From: Verrucomicrobiota bacterium
GTDB lineage: Bacteria; Verrucomicrobiota; Verrucomicrobiia; Limisphaerales; UBA11358
NCBI GenBank assembly: GCA_050015635.1
Contig: JBEKBA010000003.1
Span: 73 to 64,072 of the forward strand
Length of the DNA stretch: 64,000 nt
Direction of reading: 5' to 3'
A program made the translations under genes and the position numbers. The notes beneath the pieces were generated by a model. That model was not told the origin of the DNA and searched no databases. It was given only the letters and a program-made list of their open reading frames with translations. Shown piece after piece: positions 29,224 through 38,374 of this stretch (position 1 is its first letter; every line of letters starts with the position of its first letter).

Positions 29224-30117
29224 CTAGTCAAACCGGATGTCCATCCCCATGTACCCGCCGGACGAAATGATGACCGCCACGATACGGCCACATGACATAT
29301 CCACCACAAAATTTTCCACTTTGCCGAGTTTCTCATTCTGTAAATCGTTCACCGACGTGCCCATGAGCTTGCTCGCTTTCTGGACATAACCCAAGTTTGA
29401 CCATGATGAGTTTGCTCCGCTCCCATTCGAGTAATAAGTCCGGGTCCAAGTCCCATCCGGGTTGCGGGTTGAAATATTATTGTTTTGCTCCTCCACATTA
29501 CGGACTACTTCCGCATTATGTGCTGTATCCACCTGATGCTCTCCGGCGGTATTGATTGTCCCATCCATGTTGCGGGGCAATGAATTGGCAAATGCCGCTC
29601 CCATATTGTTGGCTTCGTTTCCGTCATGGACGAAGTAACGTTGCTGCCCGTAATAACCATAAACTTCACTCACCCGGTTGGATTGCGTGTCTTCGTCCCA
29701 CTTCGCGGTGTCACATTTCGGCGCGGCATTGAATTTATCCGTGCTAGCATCCAGATGAAGGGCTTTCTGGCCGACCTCGTGATGCAACGCTCCCGGCGGC
29801 ACCGGGGTGAGCGTCTCGCCCATGCCGAGAAATCCGCCGCTGGAAATAATCACCTGCACGATCCGGCCGGATTCCACATCCACCGCGAGGTCGGCCACTT
29901 TTCCGAGCTTTTCATGCTGATAGTTTTTAACGGTCATCCCGATGATGTCGCTGGCCTTGGCCGTGTCTTTTAGCTGGTCATCGCCTCCTTGTGCCATGTA
30001 CTGACGCGGAGATTGGGTTTCATCCATTTTGGAATTAGAGGTGTCTTGAGCGAGAGCCGAGAACGCCAGAACCGAGGCGGCGGAGGCACTGACGATGATT
30101 TGTAATTTCCGTTTCAT
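29224..30117 (-). CDS. Secreted protein with two PRC-barrel domains (second one truncated)
   Basis: 297 aa from MKRKLQIIVSASAA (signal peptide). The PRC-barrel repeat is ...KLGKV.D..VD...GRIV.VIISSGG.(L/M)GM. The second repeat ends abruptly (GGYMGMDIRFD*) at the tRNA-fragment junction. Confidence 0.7.
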   Translation of the reverse strand: MKRKLQIIVSASAASVLAFSALAQDTSNSKMDETQSPRQYMAQGGDDQLKDTAKASDIIGMTVKNYQHEKLGKVADLAVDVESGRIVQVIISSGGFLGMGETLTPVPPGALHHEVGQKALHLDASTDKFNAAPKCDTAKWDEDTQSNRVSEVYGYYGQQRYFVHDGNEANNMGAAFANSLPRNMDGTINTAGEHQVDTAHNAEVVRNVEEQNNNISTRNPDGTWTRTYYSNGSGANSSWSNLGYVQKASKLMGTSVNDLQNEKLGKVENFVVDMSCGRIVAVIISSGGYMGMDIRFD

Positions 30118-30312
30118 ATAGTTTTTTCTTGTGTTTAAATTTTTCGCAAAGAAAAGTTTTTCTTTGTCTCGAAGTCCAAAGTAGCTGTGAAACAGGGTGA
30201 GTGCCATGGGGAGTTACCCTACCAATCAACAAGTACAGCCGCACAGGGTAGATTCGGCGCGTGCTCCTTGTCCACCTACCAGCTTTAACCCGCCACATAC
30301 CCGGTGCCCACC

Positions 30313-30337
30313 CGGTTATTGAAGAAATCGTCGAAGG
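30313..30337 (+). repeat. 25-nt direct repeat CGGTTATTGAAGAAATCGTCGAAGG (copy 1)
   Basis: 24/25 identical to 34204-34228 in the same orientation. Together they bracket the RR/PAS-kinase pair. Confidence 0.6.
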
Positions 30338-30376
30338 TTTCGTTGAAGGTTTTTCATCTGCGTTTGGCGCATAAGG

Positions 30377-30757
30377 TCAGACAGTCTGCGATTCCGCCCT
30401 TAGGACTTTCTCTACTGCAGATAGCAGATCTTTGATGCCAAACGGCTTTTCAAGAATTCTATCGGCCCCTAGTCCCCGGGCCACGGACAACATGTTTGCT
30501 GAGAGAACGTTTCCGCCCGATATGGCTATAACAGGAATCTCCGGAAAATATTTCTTAAACGCGATGATGGTTTCCAACCCGTCCTGTTCCGGCATAAAGA
30601 GATCGGTGATTATCAAATCCAAGGGATTTATGTGATGCTCTTCCATCGCTTCTTTGCCGTCGGAAGCCAAAACAACCTCGTGACCACTCTCCTTGAGCGC
30701 CTGCCCGATAACTGTTCTCATGCCAGCCTCATCGTCAATAACCAGAATCCTTGCCAT
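30377..30757 (-). CDS. Single-domain (CheY-like) response regulator
   Basis: 126 aa. ILVIDDE...LIITDLFMP...K. Confidence 0.9.
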   Translation of the reverse strand: MARILVIDDEAGMRTVIGQALKESGHEVVLASDGKEAMEEHHINPLDLIITDLFMPEQDGLETIIAFKKYFPEIPVIAISGGNVLSANMLSVARGLGADRILEKPFGIKDLLSAVEKVLRAESQTV

Positions 30758-30948
30758 GCCTTTCTGAACCAGCAGACCACATGCCAGTTGCCTATTTCGT
30801 GGCCGTATTGGGAGATTGTCTAGTTTACAAACTGAAATCGTTGCGCCGCTTTTAACTGCAACCAGTTACGGGGTTTAACGCCGCGCTTTGCGGCTGGCTT
30901 TGATGGCTTTTTTGAAATTCTGGCCGTTTACAATCACTCTGGCATGAA

Positions 30949-33900
30949 TTGTCTGGATTTATGGCATTTCAAGTGCTGACAAAACAATTTGTTTCAACCC
31001 ATACTATGCAGGCTGAACAGCAACTCAAAGCTTCGCTCAAAGAAATTGACGACCTGAAGGCCGCGCTGGACGAACACGCCATCGTGGCCATTACCGACCC
31101 GCAGGGAAAGATTACTTACGTCAACGACAAGTTCTGCACCATTTCCAAATACTCCCGCGAAGAGTTGCTCGGCCAGGATCACCGCATCATCAATTCAGGT
31201 TTTCATCCCAAAGAATTCATCCGCGATTTGTGGACGACCATTGGACAAGGGAAAGTCTGGAAAGGCGAAATCAAAAATAAAGCCAAGGACGGTTCGTTTT
31301 ATTGGGTGGACACGACCATCGTTCCGTTTCTCAACGAGGACGGCAAACCGCGTCAATACGTTGCCATTCGCGCCGACATTACCGAACGCAAGCAGGCAGA
31401 AATATCTTCAATGCGGTTGGCGGCGATTGTTGACTCTTCGGACGACGCCATCATCGGCAAAGACCTGAACAGCGTCATCACCAGTTGGAATAAAGGTGCA
31501 AAAAAGATTTTCGGCTACAATACCGGCGAGATGGTGGGGACTTCCATCATGCGGCTGATTCCGGCTGACCGGCAGAATGAGGAGAATCACATTCTGAGTA
31601 AAATCAAACGTGGCGAAAGTGTGGAGCACTTTGAAACGTTGCGACAAACCAAGGACGGACGGCTGATTGATGTCTCGATCACGGCATCACCGATCAGGGA
31701 TGCCACCGGCAAGATCATTGGCGTGTCGAAAGTGGCGCGCGACATCGCGGAGCGCAAGCAGGTGGAAGAGGCATTGCGAGCGAGCGAGGCGCAGCTTCAA
31801 ACAATTGTTGAAAGTCTCGACGAGGGTGTGGTGGTTTCCGACATCAACGGCGAGGTGTTGCATTTCAACCTTGCGGCGCTGGCCATGCATGGGTTTGCCA
31901 GCCTGGACGAGATCCGCCTCCATCTAGACGAATTTGCCAGCATATTTGAACTCTCTGCATTGGACGGCACGGTGTGGGCCGTAGACCAATGGCCGCTTGC
32001 CCGTGTGATGCGTGGTGAGAAGCTGAACGATTTGGAAGTCCGCATCCGGCGTATCCACTCCGACTGGCAGCGTATCTTCAGTTATGGCGGCACGCTCGTC
32101 CGTGACGCCGCCAGCAAACCCATGCTGGCAATCGTCACCATCCGCGACATCACCGAGCGCAAACGGGTCGAAGAAGAATTGCGCATCACGCACGAAAAAT
32201 TGTTCCGAGTGCTCGAACACAGCCCGGCGGTGATTTATTCGCTCAAGGTGGAAGGCGAACGCGTGATCCCTGAAGTGGTCAGCGAGAACATGATACGACT
32301 GCTCGGCTTCACGGTGGAGGAATCATGCAACTTCAACTGGTGGGCGGCGCAACTGCATCCGGAGGATCAGGAACGGCAGTTCGCCAGCATTCCGGAAACG
32401 ATCAAACACGACAGACTGACGTGTGAATACCGCATGCGGCACAAGGATGGACACTACATCTGGGTTGAAGATAAACGACAGACAGTGCGCGATGCCACTG
32501 GTAAGCCTGTGTCAATCGCCGGCGTATGGACGGACATCACCGAGCGCAAACGGGCGGAGGACGAATTACGCTGGAAAACGGCTTTCCTTGAAGCCCAAGT
32601 GAATTCCTCACCCGACGCCATTCTGGTGGTGGACAACCAGAAAAAGAAAATCCTGCAAAACCTGCGGCTCTTCGAATTGTTTCACGTTCCCAAAGAGATT
32701 GCGGAAGACGACGATGACGCCAAGCTGTTGCGGCACGTCACCGACCAGATGAAAAACCCGAAGCAGTTTCTCGAACGGGTGGAACACTTATACGCGCACC
32801 CGGATGAGATTGGCCTGGATGAAATTGAACTAACTAAAGGAACGATTCTGGACCGCTACTCGTCGCCCATCCGTGACAAGGCCGGAAAATATTACGGACG
32901 AATCTGGGCTTTTCGCGACATCACTGAAAACCGAAAATTAGAAGCGCAATTCCGCCAGTCTCAAAAAATGGAGGGGATCGGTCAGTTGGCCGGCGGCGTG
33001 GCGCATGACTTCAACAACATTCTGGCGATCATTCAAATGCAGTCTGATTTGCTGAAAAACAGCGGCAGTCTTTCTGCCGAACAGTCGGAATTTACTGACG
33101 AGATTGGCATCACCGTTCAACGGGCCGCCGCCCTCACCCGCCAATTGCTTCTATTCAGCCGCCGCGAAGTTTTCCAACCACGCGATCTGGACTTGAGCGA
33201 ATCCATCACCAACACGACAAAAATGTTGAGGCGCATCCTCGGCGAAGATATCCAGATACAACTCAAATTGGCGTCGCAACCGATGTTCATTCATGCCGAC
33301 GCGGGCATGATGGATCAAGTCTTGTTGAACCTCGCGGTGAACGCGCGCGACGCCATGCCCAAAGGCGGCCAGCTTGTCATCGAGACTTCCGGCGTGGAAT
33401 TAGACGAATTTGCCGCTTCTCAATCAGCCCAGGCGCGTCCGGGTTCATTTGTGTGTTTGAACCTAAGCGATAGTGGTTGCGGCATTCCACCGGAAATTCT
33501 TCCAAAGATTTTTGAACCGTTCTTTACCACCAAGGATGTTGGCAAAGGCACTGGCCTTGGATTGGCGACCGTTTTCGGCATCGTTCAGCAACATCAAGGC
33601 TGGATTAACGTTTATAGCGAACTCAATCACGGAACGACGTTCCGGGTTTATCTCCCGCGACTGGCCAAAAATGGAGGCCAAAAGTCCTCACAAATGGCAC
33701 TGACGGCCATGCGCGGTGGCAATGAGACGATTTTGCTGGCCGAAGACGACCCCTCACTGCGCGTTTCCGTGCGAAAAGGCCTCTCACAACTCGGCTACCG
33801 TATTCTTGAAGCGCCCACCGGGATCAAAGCCTTTGAAGTCTGGAAACAAAACCGCGACGAAATTCGTTTGTTGTTGACTGATTTGGTGATGCCGGATGGA

Positions 33901-34092
33901 ATGACCGGAAAAGATTTGGCTCAACGTGTCCTTCAGGAAAATCCCAAATTGAAAGTGATTTATATGAGCGGTTATAGTGCCGAGGTTGTCGGCAAGGATT
34001 TTCCGTTGAGTGAAGGCGTTAATTTTCTCACCAAACCATTCCAAGCACTCAAGCTCGCCCAAACCGTCAGGAATTGTCTGGATAAAAATTGA
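30949..34092 (+). CDS. Multi-PAS hybrid sensor histidine kinase with C-terminal receiver
   Basis: About 1040 aa. At least four PAS/PAC modules (recurring ITERK boundaries). H-box [11 protein letters not shown]. HATPase DSGCGI and GTGLGL. C-terminal REC (ILLAEDD...LLLTDLVMP). Start uncertain: TTG 30949, ATG 30961 or ATG 31006. Confidence 0.9.
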   Translation: MSGFMAFQVLTKQFVSTHTMQAEQQLKASLKEIDDLKAALDEHAIVAITDPQGKITYVNDKFCTISKYSREELLGQDHRIINSGFHPKEFIRDLWTTIGQGKVWKGEIKNKAKDGSFYWVDTTIVPFLNEDGKPRQYVAIRADITERKQAEISSMRLAAIVDSSDDAIIGKDLNSVITSWNKGAKKIFGYNTGEMVGTSIMRLIPADRQNEENHILSKIKRGESVEHFETLRQTKDGRLIDVSITASPIRDATGKIIGVSKVARDIAERKQVEEALRASEAQLQTIVESLDEGVVVSDINGEVLHFNLAALAMHGFASLDEIRLHLDEFASIFELSALDGTVWAVDQWPLARVMRGEKLNDLEVRIRRIHSDWQRIFSYGGTLVRDAASKPMLAIVTIRDITERKRVEEELRITHEKLFRVLEHSPAVIYSLKVEGERVIPEVVSENMIRLLGFTVEESCNFNWWAAQLHPEDQERQFASIPETIKHDRLTCEYRMRHKDGHYIWVEDKRQTVRDATGKPVSIAGVWTDITERKRAEDELRWKTAFLEAQVNSSPDAILVVDNQKKKILQNLRLFELFHVPKEIAEDDDDAKLLRHVTDQMKNPKQFLERVEHLYAHPDEIGLDEIELTKGTILDRYSSPIRDKAGKYYGRIWAFRDITENRKLEAQFRQSQKMEGIGQLAGGVAHDFNNILAIIQMQSDLLKNSGSLSAEQSEFTDEIGITVQRAAALTRQLLLFSRREVFQPRDLDLSESITNTTKMLRRILGEDIQIQLKLASQPMFIHADAGMMDQVLLNLAVNARDAMPKGGQLVIETSGVELDEFAASQSAQARPGSFVCLNLSDSGCGIPPEILPKIFEPFFTTKDVGKGTGLGLATVFGIVQQHQGWINVYSELNHGTTFRVYLPRLAKNGGQKSSQMALTAMRGGNETILLAEDDPSLRVSVRKGLSQLGYRILEAPTGIKAFEVWKQNRDEIRLLLTDLVMPDGMTGKDLAQRVLQENPKLKVIYMSGYSAEVVGKDFPLSEGVNFLTKPFQALKLAQTVRNCLDKN

Positions 34093-34203
34093 CTTCGGTC
34101 GTTCTCAATGTTCCAGATCCTTGCAAAGGTTACACTACCGAATCATTCGTCACATTTTCAGCGTTCAAATCATTGCGCCGGGCATTCTTTCGCCGCCAGT
34201 ATT

Positions 34204-34228
34204 CGGTTATTGAAGAAATCGTTGAAGG
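34204..34228 (+). repeat. 25-nt direct repeat CGGTTATTGAAGAAATCGTTGAAGG (copy 2)
   Basis: See 30313-30337. Confidence 0.6.
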
Positions 34229-34345
34229 GGTGGGGTTTTACCCCATAGAGAAGAGTTGCCGGATCGAGTAGGGTGGCTCCAGTGTTAAGACCAACACAAC
34301 AAGCCGTAAAAAACAGCTTAAACAAAACAGACTTAAAATGTATTT

Positions 34346-34660
34346 ATGTTTAGAATTCTAAGGGCTTTTATTAATATTGTCGTGGGAATCATCGAACTGC
34401 TTTTAACTTTCAGATTGATATTCAAGTTTTTGGTAGTTAATACAGGCACGCCGTTTGTTGCCTGGCTTTATGGTGTCACGGCGCCGCTTGTAGCACCATT
34501 CGCTAAAATTCTTCCGAACTGGAAATTTTCAGGTTTCGTGGTTGATTTTGCCACCGTTGCCGCGATTATCGTGTTTGCTTTAGCCGGATCCTTGCTTCTG
34601 ATGCTTTTTCCCTATCCTCGTAAAGTGGTTGTAACATCTGAGGTGTCCCCTAATGACTAG
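34346..34660 (+). CDS. YggT-family-like small membrane protein
   Basis: 104 aa with two hydrophobic segments. The pattern LLTFRLIFKFL...T.PLV.PF is reminiscent of YggT. AT-rich. Confidence 0.6.
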   Translation: MFRILRAFINIVVGIIELLLTFRLIFKFLVVNTGTPFVAWLYGVTAPLVAPFAKILPNWKFSGFVVDFATVAAIIVFALAGSLLLMLFPYPRKVVVTSEVSPND

Positions 34661-34870
34661 ACAATGGTTGCGGTGATTTAGGATTTGTCCCGCGCTTAAG
34701 CATGATGCACCGCTTTGGAATTATGACCCAACGGCCATTTCAAACAAAGTCGGGCGACGCGATAAAACAGACGTTTTGATGAATTAGTTTTCGACCGGTG
34801 AGATTTCCCATTAATTCATAGTAGGGTTACACCCCATAGCAACCGTGCAGCGGCGTGTTATCTTACCGGC

Positions 34871-35029
34871 ATGAATATATTATTACTCATGGTTGTTCTG
34901 CTTCTCTTGTTCGGTGGCGGCGGGTTTTACTTTGGCGGTCCCGTCATCGGCGGCGGCGGGCTTGGCCTGGTTCTGCTGATATGCCTTATCATCTTTCTCG
35001 CGGGCGGATTCCGCACCACGAAAAGCTGA
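34871..35029 (+). CDS. Small Gly-rich membrane peptide (hypothetical; not in ORF track, <60 aa)
   Basis: Reads MNILLLMVVLLLLFGGGGFYFGGPVIGGGGLGLVLLICLIIFLAGGFRTTKS. Two hydrophobic helices with an ATG start and TGA stop, in an otherwise empty intergenic region. Confidence 0.45.
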   Translation: MNILLLMVVLLLLFGGGGFYFGGPVIGGGGLGLVLLICLIIFLAGGFRTTKS

Positions 35030-35096
35030 CGGGATATACAGCCGCATAAATTTTCAAGGGGACGGCGGACAATCCTCCGTATTTACCACCGCCCGC

Positions 35097-35786
35097 TCAC
35101 GGCCAATGATAACCCGGAAAGAAATCGTTTTTGATTCGTTTTTTGGGAACGCCGATTTTTTTTAATGTCTTGTCCAAAGATTCAACCATCGGTTCCGGTC
35201 CCGAAACGTAAAATGTCGGATTATCCATGTCCGGCACCCACTGCGGAATGTTTTTTTCATCAACCCGCTCCGGGCTGACGACATAATCAATCCTGAATTC
35301 GGGATGGCGTTTCTTCAATGCCTCCAGTTCTTTGCGATACGGAAAATCACTGTTCCGGTTGGCATAGAGCAGTTGCACATTCAGGGGTTTCCGGTTGCGA
35401 TCCAAATCGATCAAAATGGCGCGGAACGGCGTGATGCCGATTCCTCCGGCGATGAACACAAACATTTTCCTCCGGTGATCCAAAACAAAATCTCCGCCCT
35501 TTTCACGGGCTTCGATGGCATCGCCCGGCTTGAGCTTTTTCAACGCTTTCTTGAACGAACTGCCCTTCGGTGCGAAACGCGTCGTCAGCATCACCTACTT
35601 TTCGTGAGGCGCTGATGCGATTGAGAAATAACGTTCCACACCGCGATCATCAGGCTTTGGATGGTTGAGGATGTAATGCAGATATTGTCCGGCCTGCCAT
35701 CGCAATGGCCGCTCCGGCGTAAAAATAAAAGAGAAGATGTCGCTGGCTTCCTGCCTGGTCGCGCGGAGCGTTAGTTTCATGATCAA
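35097..35786 (-). pseudogene. Ferredoxin-reductase-type FAD/NAD(P)-binding oxidoreductase interrupted by one in-frame TAG (35595-35597)
   Basis: Track ORFs 35595-35786 and 35097-35594 are in the same frame, separated only by TAG (...RYFSIASAPHEK-TAG-VMLTTRF...). The R-x-Y-S FAD motif lies before the stop. GGIGITPF NAD(P) motif lies after it. Confidence 0.75.
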
Positions 35787-36051
35787 AAAGATACAAAGTT
35801 TGACTGTCGCTGTCAGGCAGAAATGATTCTCCTTCTCCGGGTAGAGGGAAATTTGTCAGCGTCAACGCGGAAGGTTTGGTGGCGAAGGAGGTTGAACAAA
35901 GCAGCGCAAAAAACAGGAGAACGCAACGGCTTTGAAATTTCATCCGGCCATGAAAATTGTCAGAGAGTGGATGGTTTTCAAGAGAACATTTTGCCAATTA
36001 CCCGAAATCTGCTACCATTTTCCCATGCTCAAGATCAGGCGACGCCGGGCG

Positions 36052-36843
36052 ATGAAACAAAATTCCGCCGCGCATTTGCACGACAAGCAGAGCGAACGCG
36101 ACACGCGCGAATTGCGCATCGACAAGGTGGGCGTACGCGGGCTGCGTTTTCCGATCCAGGTGCGCGACAAGGCGCGCAGCGTGCAAAACACCGTGGCGAC
36201 CATCGGCATGTTCGTGGATTTGCCGAAGGAATTCAAAGGCACACACATGAGCCGCTTCATTGAGGTGCTCAACGCACACGGCAGTGTCATCCACGTCGAG
36301 AACATTTCGGAGATTTTACATTCGTTGCGGAAAAGATTGAACGCGGCCACGTCACATCTGGAAATTGAGTTTCCCTATTTCATGGTCAAGAAGGCGCCCG
36401 TATCCGGCGGCGAAGGCGTGATGGATTACACCGCGCGTTTCGACGCGACGGCGTGCGGTTCGGAAATTGATTTTGTCCTGACGGTGAAGGCGAACGTGAC
36501 GACGCTCTGTCCGTGCTCAAAGGCGATTGCCAAATACGGCGCGCACAATCAGCGCGGCGAAGTGACGGTAAAGATCCGTTCGACGAAATCGGTCTGGATT
36601 GAGGATTTAATCGCAATGATTGAAAGCGCGGCGAGCTCGGAACTTTACGCGTTACTCAAGCGGCAGGATGAAAAGGCGGTGACGGAGCGCGCGTATGAAA
36701 ATCCGGTGTTCGTCGAGGATTTAGTGCGCATCGTGGCGCTGCGGTTGAACGCGGACGCGCGGGTGAGTTGGTATAAAGTCGAGGCGGAAAATTTCGAGAG
36801 CATCCACAATCACAACGCCTATGCGTGCATTGAGAAGGGGTGA
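36052..36843 (+). CDS. folE2: GTP cyclohydrolase I type 2 (FolE2/MptA family)
   Basis: 263 aa from MKQNSAAHL. FolE2 hallmarks are I.KVGV..LRFPI, KGTHMSRF and CPCSK. Upstream in-frame starts (35932, 36025) are less likely by alignment to known N-termini. Confidence 0.85.
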   Translation: MKQNSAAHLHDKQSERDTRELRIDKVGVRGLRFPIQVRDKARSVQNTVATIGMFVDLPKEFKGTHMSRFIEVLNAHGSVIHVENISEILHSLRKRLNAATSHLEIEFPYFMVKKAPVSGGEGVMDYTARFDATACGSEIDFVLTVKANVTTLCPCSKAIAKYGAHNQRGEVTVKIRSTKSVWIEDLIAMIESAASSELYALLKRQDEKAVTERAYENPVFVEDLVRIVALRLNADARVSWYKVEAENFESIHNHNAYACIEKG

Positions 36844-37112
36844 AAGGTTTGATTTGAGGAGCGGTAACTGCAAGGAAAGATTGGTTGGTTGGACGGCAAA
36901 ATGAGCGACGGCAGCACCGCTGCAGCACCACTGCCGCAGGGTTGCAGCGACCCTGCAACGCCCCAAAATCAGATAGTGGGTCAGTATTGAAGGGCAGGGG
37001 ACGTGGCATTAATCTTGCGGTACCTGGCCTCCGGCCATGGACATTTGGGAAGTGGTGGAACGCATCCCTGTCAGGCGGCTGCGCGCTGAAGAACAGCGTC
37101 ATTGACCGCCTT

Positions 37113-37130
37113 AAAATTTCCGGAAATTTT
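37113..37130. promoter_or_regulatory. Perfect 18-nt palindrome AAAATTTCCGGAAATTTT upstream of the dksA-like gene (candidate operator)
   Basis: Read directly. Lies 54 nt upstream of the ATG at 37184. A related inverted pair CCGGAAA-N5-TTTCCGG (37178-37196) spans that ATG. Confidence 0.3.
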
Positions 37131-37183
37131 TGTGGCTTATTTAAGTTCGTTTGTTACATTCCAACGCCCCTGCCGGGCCGGAA

Positions 37184-37828
37184 ATGGTTTTTCCGGATTT
37201 GCGGAGGGCTGATTTGAACAAAAAAAACAATTTTGAACCCGTGACTACGAAGAAAAAAGAAACAAAAAAATCCGCGCCGCGCGGCAAGTCGCCGGCGTCC
37301 GCCACTTCCGCAGCGATCCTGGGCCGGCCGGTGTCGAAAGCCAATGTGACCGCCGTTGACGCGAAGAAAATCAAGGGTGAATGGCAGAAGTATTACAATC
37401 ATCTGCTAGGATTGCGCGAGCAGTTGCTGCACCAGATGAACGGGCTGGCGAAGGAATCCGCGCAGGAATTGCCGGGATACAGCCTGCACATGGCGGATTC
37501 AGGGACGGATAATTTTGACCGCGATTTTGCGTTGAGCCTGCTCTCGGCGGATCAGGACGCGGTCTATGAAATCGAGGAAGCGCTCAAACGCATCGAGAGA
37601 AAAACCTACGGAGTTTGTGAATTGACCGGCAAAAACATTCCACGCGCGCGGCTCGAAGCGATTCCGTGGGCGCGGTTCACGGTCGAGGCGCAGGGGCAAT
37701 TGGAACGCGATGGCGCGTTGCGTCAGCGCCGGATTGGCGCTTTGGGCACGGTGGATTCCGTCGGTGTCACGGAAGCTGAAACCGACGAGGACGAGCCGGA
37801 AGAAAAGCCGGCGAAGGAAAAGGAGTAA
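37184..37828 (+). CDS. DksA/TraR-family protein with degenerate (Cys-poor) zinc finger and long basic N-terminal extension
   Basis: C-terminal YGVCELTGKNIPRARLEAIPWARFTVEAQ aligns to the DksA C4 finger, but only the first Cys is retained (C,T,T,A). Acidic tail. Start uncertain (TTG 37151 or ATG 37184). Confidence 0.7.
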   Translation: MVFPDLRRADLNKKNNFEPVTTKKKETKKSAPRGKSPASATSAAILGRPVSKANVTAVDAKKIKGEWQKYYNHLLGLREQLLHQMNGLAKESAQELPGYSLHMADSGTDNFDRDFALSLLSADQDAVYEIEEALKRIERKTYGVCELTGKNIPRARLEAIPWARFTVEAQGQLERDGALRQRRIGALGTVDSVGVTEAETDEDEPEEKPAKEKE

Positions 37829-37831
37829 TTT

Positions 37832-37999
37832 ATGGCACGGGAAATCATCACCCTTGAATGCAGCGAAGCGCGCAAAGAAGGCAAAACACCTTCACGCTAC
37901 ACGACCACCCGCAATAAAAAGTTAAAGCCGGATAAACTGGAAATCAAAAAATTCAATCCGTTTCTGCGCCGCCACACCCTGCACAAGGAGGTCAAGTAA
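37832..37999 (+). CDS. rpmG: 50S ribosomal protein L33 (Cys-less, C- form; not in ORF track, <60 aa)
   Basis: Reads [56 protein letters not shown]33 core is Y.TT.NKK....KLE.KKF.P..R.HT.HKE.K. The CxxC pairs are absent. Confidence 0.9.
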   Translation: MAREIITLECSEARKEGKTPSRYTTTRNKKLKPDKLEIKKFNPFLRRHTLHKEVK

Positions 38000-38001
38000 T
38001 T

Positions 38002-38256
38002 ATGCCCCGCAAGACGAACACCGAAAAAGACCGGCGCGGTTCGCGCCGGACGACGGAAAACCGCACCCCCCGCCCGAAGCCTAAAATTGACTTCACCGAG
38101 GACGCGCTCGATTTCAAAAACACCAATCTGCTCCGGCAATACGTGACCGACCAGGGCCGCATCCTGCCGCGCAAATACACGGGCATGCCCGCGCATTACC
38201 AGCGGCGGCTGACCCGCGCGATCAAACGCGCGCGGCAGATGTTGCTGATGAAATAA
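38002..38256 (+). CDS. rpsR: 30S ribosomal protein S18
   Basis: 84 aa. S18 core is DFKN..LL..Y....GRILPR..TG.....QR.L..AIKRAR...L. Starts 2 nt after rpmG. Confidence 0.9.
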   Translation: MPRKTNTEKDRRGSRRTTENRTPRPKPKIDFTEDALDFKNTNLLRQYVTDQGRILPRKYTGMPAHYQRRLTRAIKRARQMLLMK

Positions 38257-38311
38257 TGGAATCCGGCCGCCCGATTGCCTTGTGATTGAGCGGCTTTTTT
38301 GTGAGCATGAG

Positions 38312-38328
38312 TTGCAAACAGTTTGCAA
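38312..38328. promoter_or_regulatory. Palindrome TTGCAAAC-A-GTTTGCAA upstream of the fur-family gene (candidate operator)
   Basis: Perfect 8-1-8 inverted repeat, 47 nt upstream of the GTG start at 38375. Confidence 0.3.
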
Positions 38329-38374
38329 TGGCCGGCTTGCTTTTTGGAATTGCCGGTGAGATTTTTGAACGGCA

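Noticed and set aside
35595-35597. In-frame TAG as pyrrolysine
   Set aside because: No pyl genes or tRNA-Pyl are visible in the window, and the lineage is not known to use Pyl. Nonsense mutation, sequencing error or readthrough are more parsimonious.
35650-35997. 115-aa ORF with a signal-peptide-like segment (MKFQSRCVLLFFALLCSTSFA)
   Set aside because: Its 3' half overlaps the oxidoreductase gene out of frame, and the remainder has no recognisable features. It might be a short leader peptide, but this is unsupported.
36656-37102. 148-aa and 81-aa minus-strand ORFs after folE2
   Set aside because: They are composed of GC-rich hairpin repeats (TGCAGC family) with Pro/Arg/Cys-rich translations.
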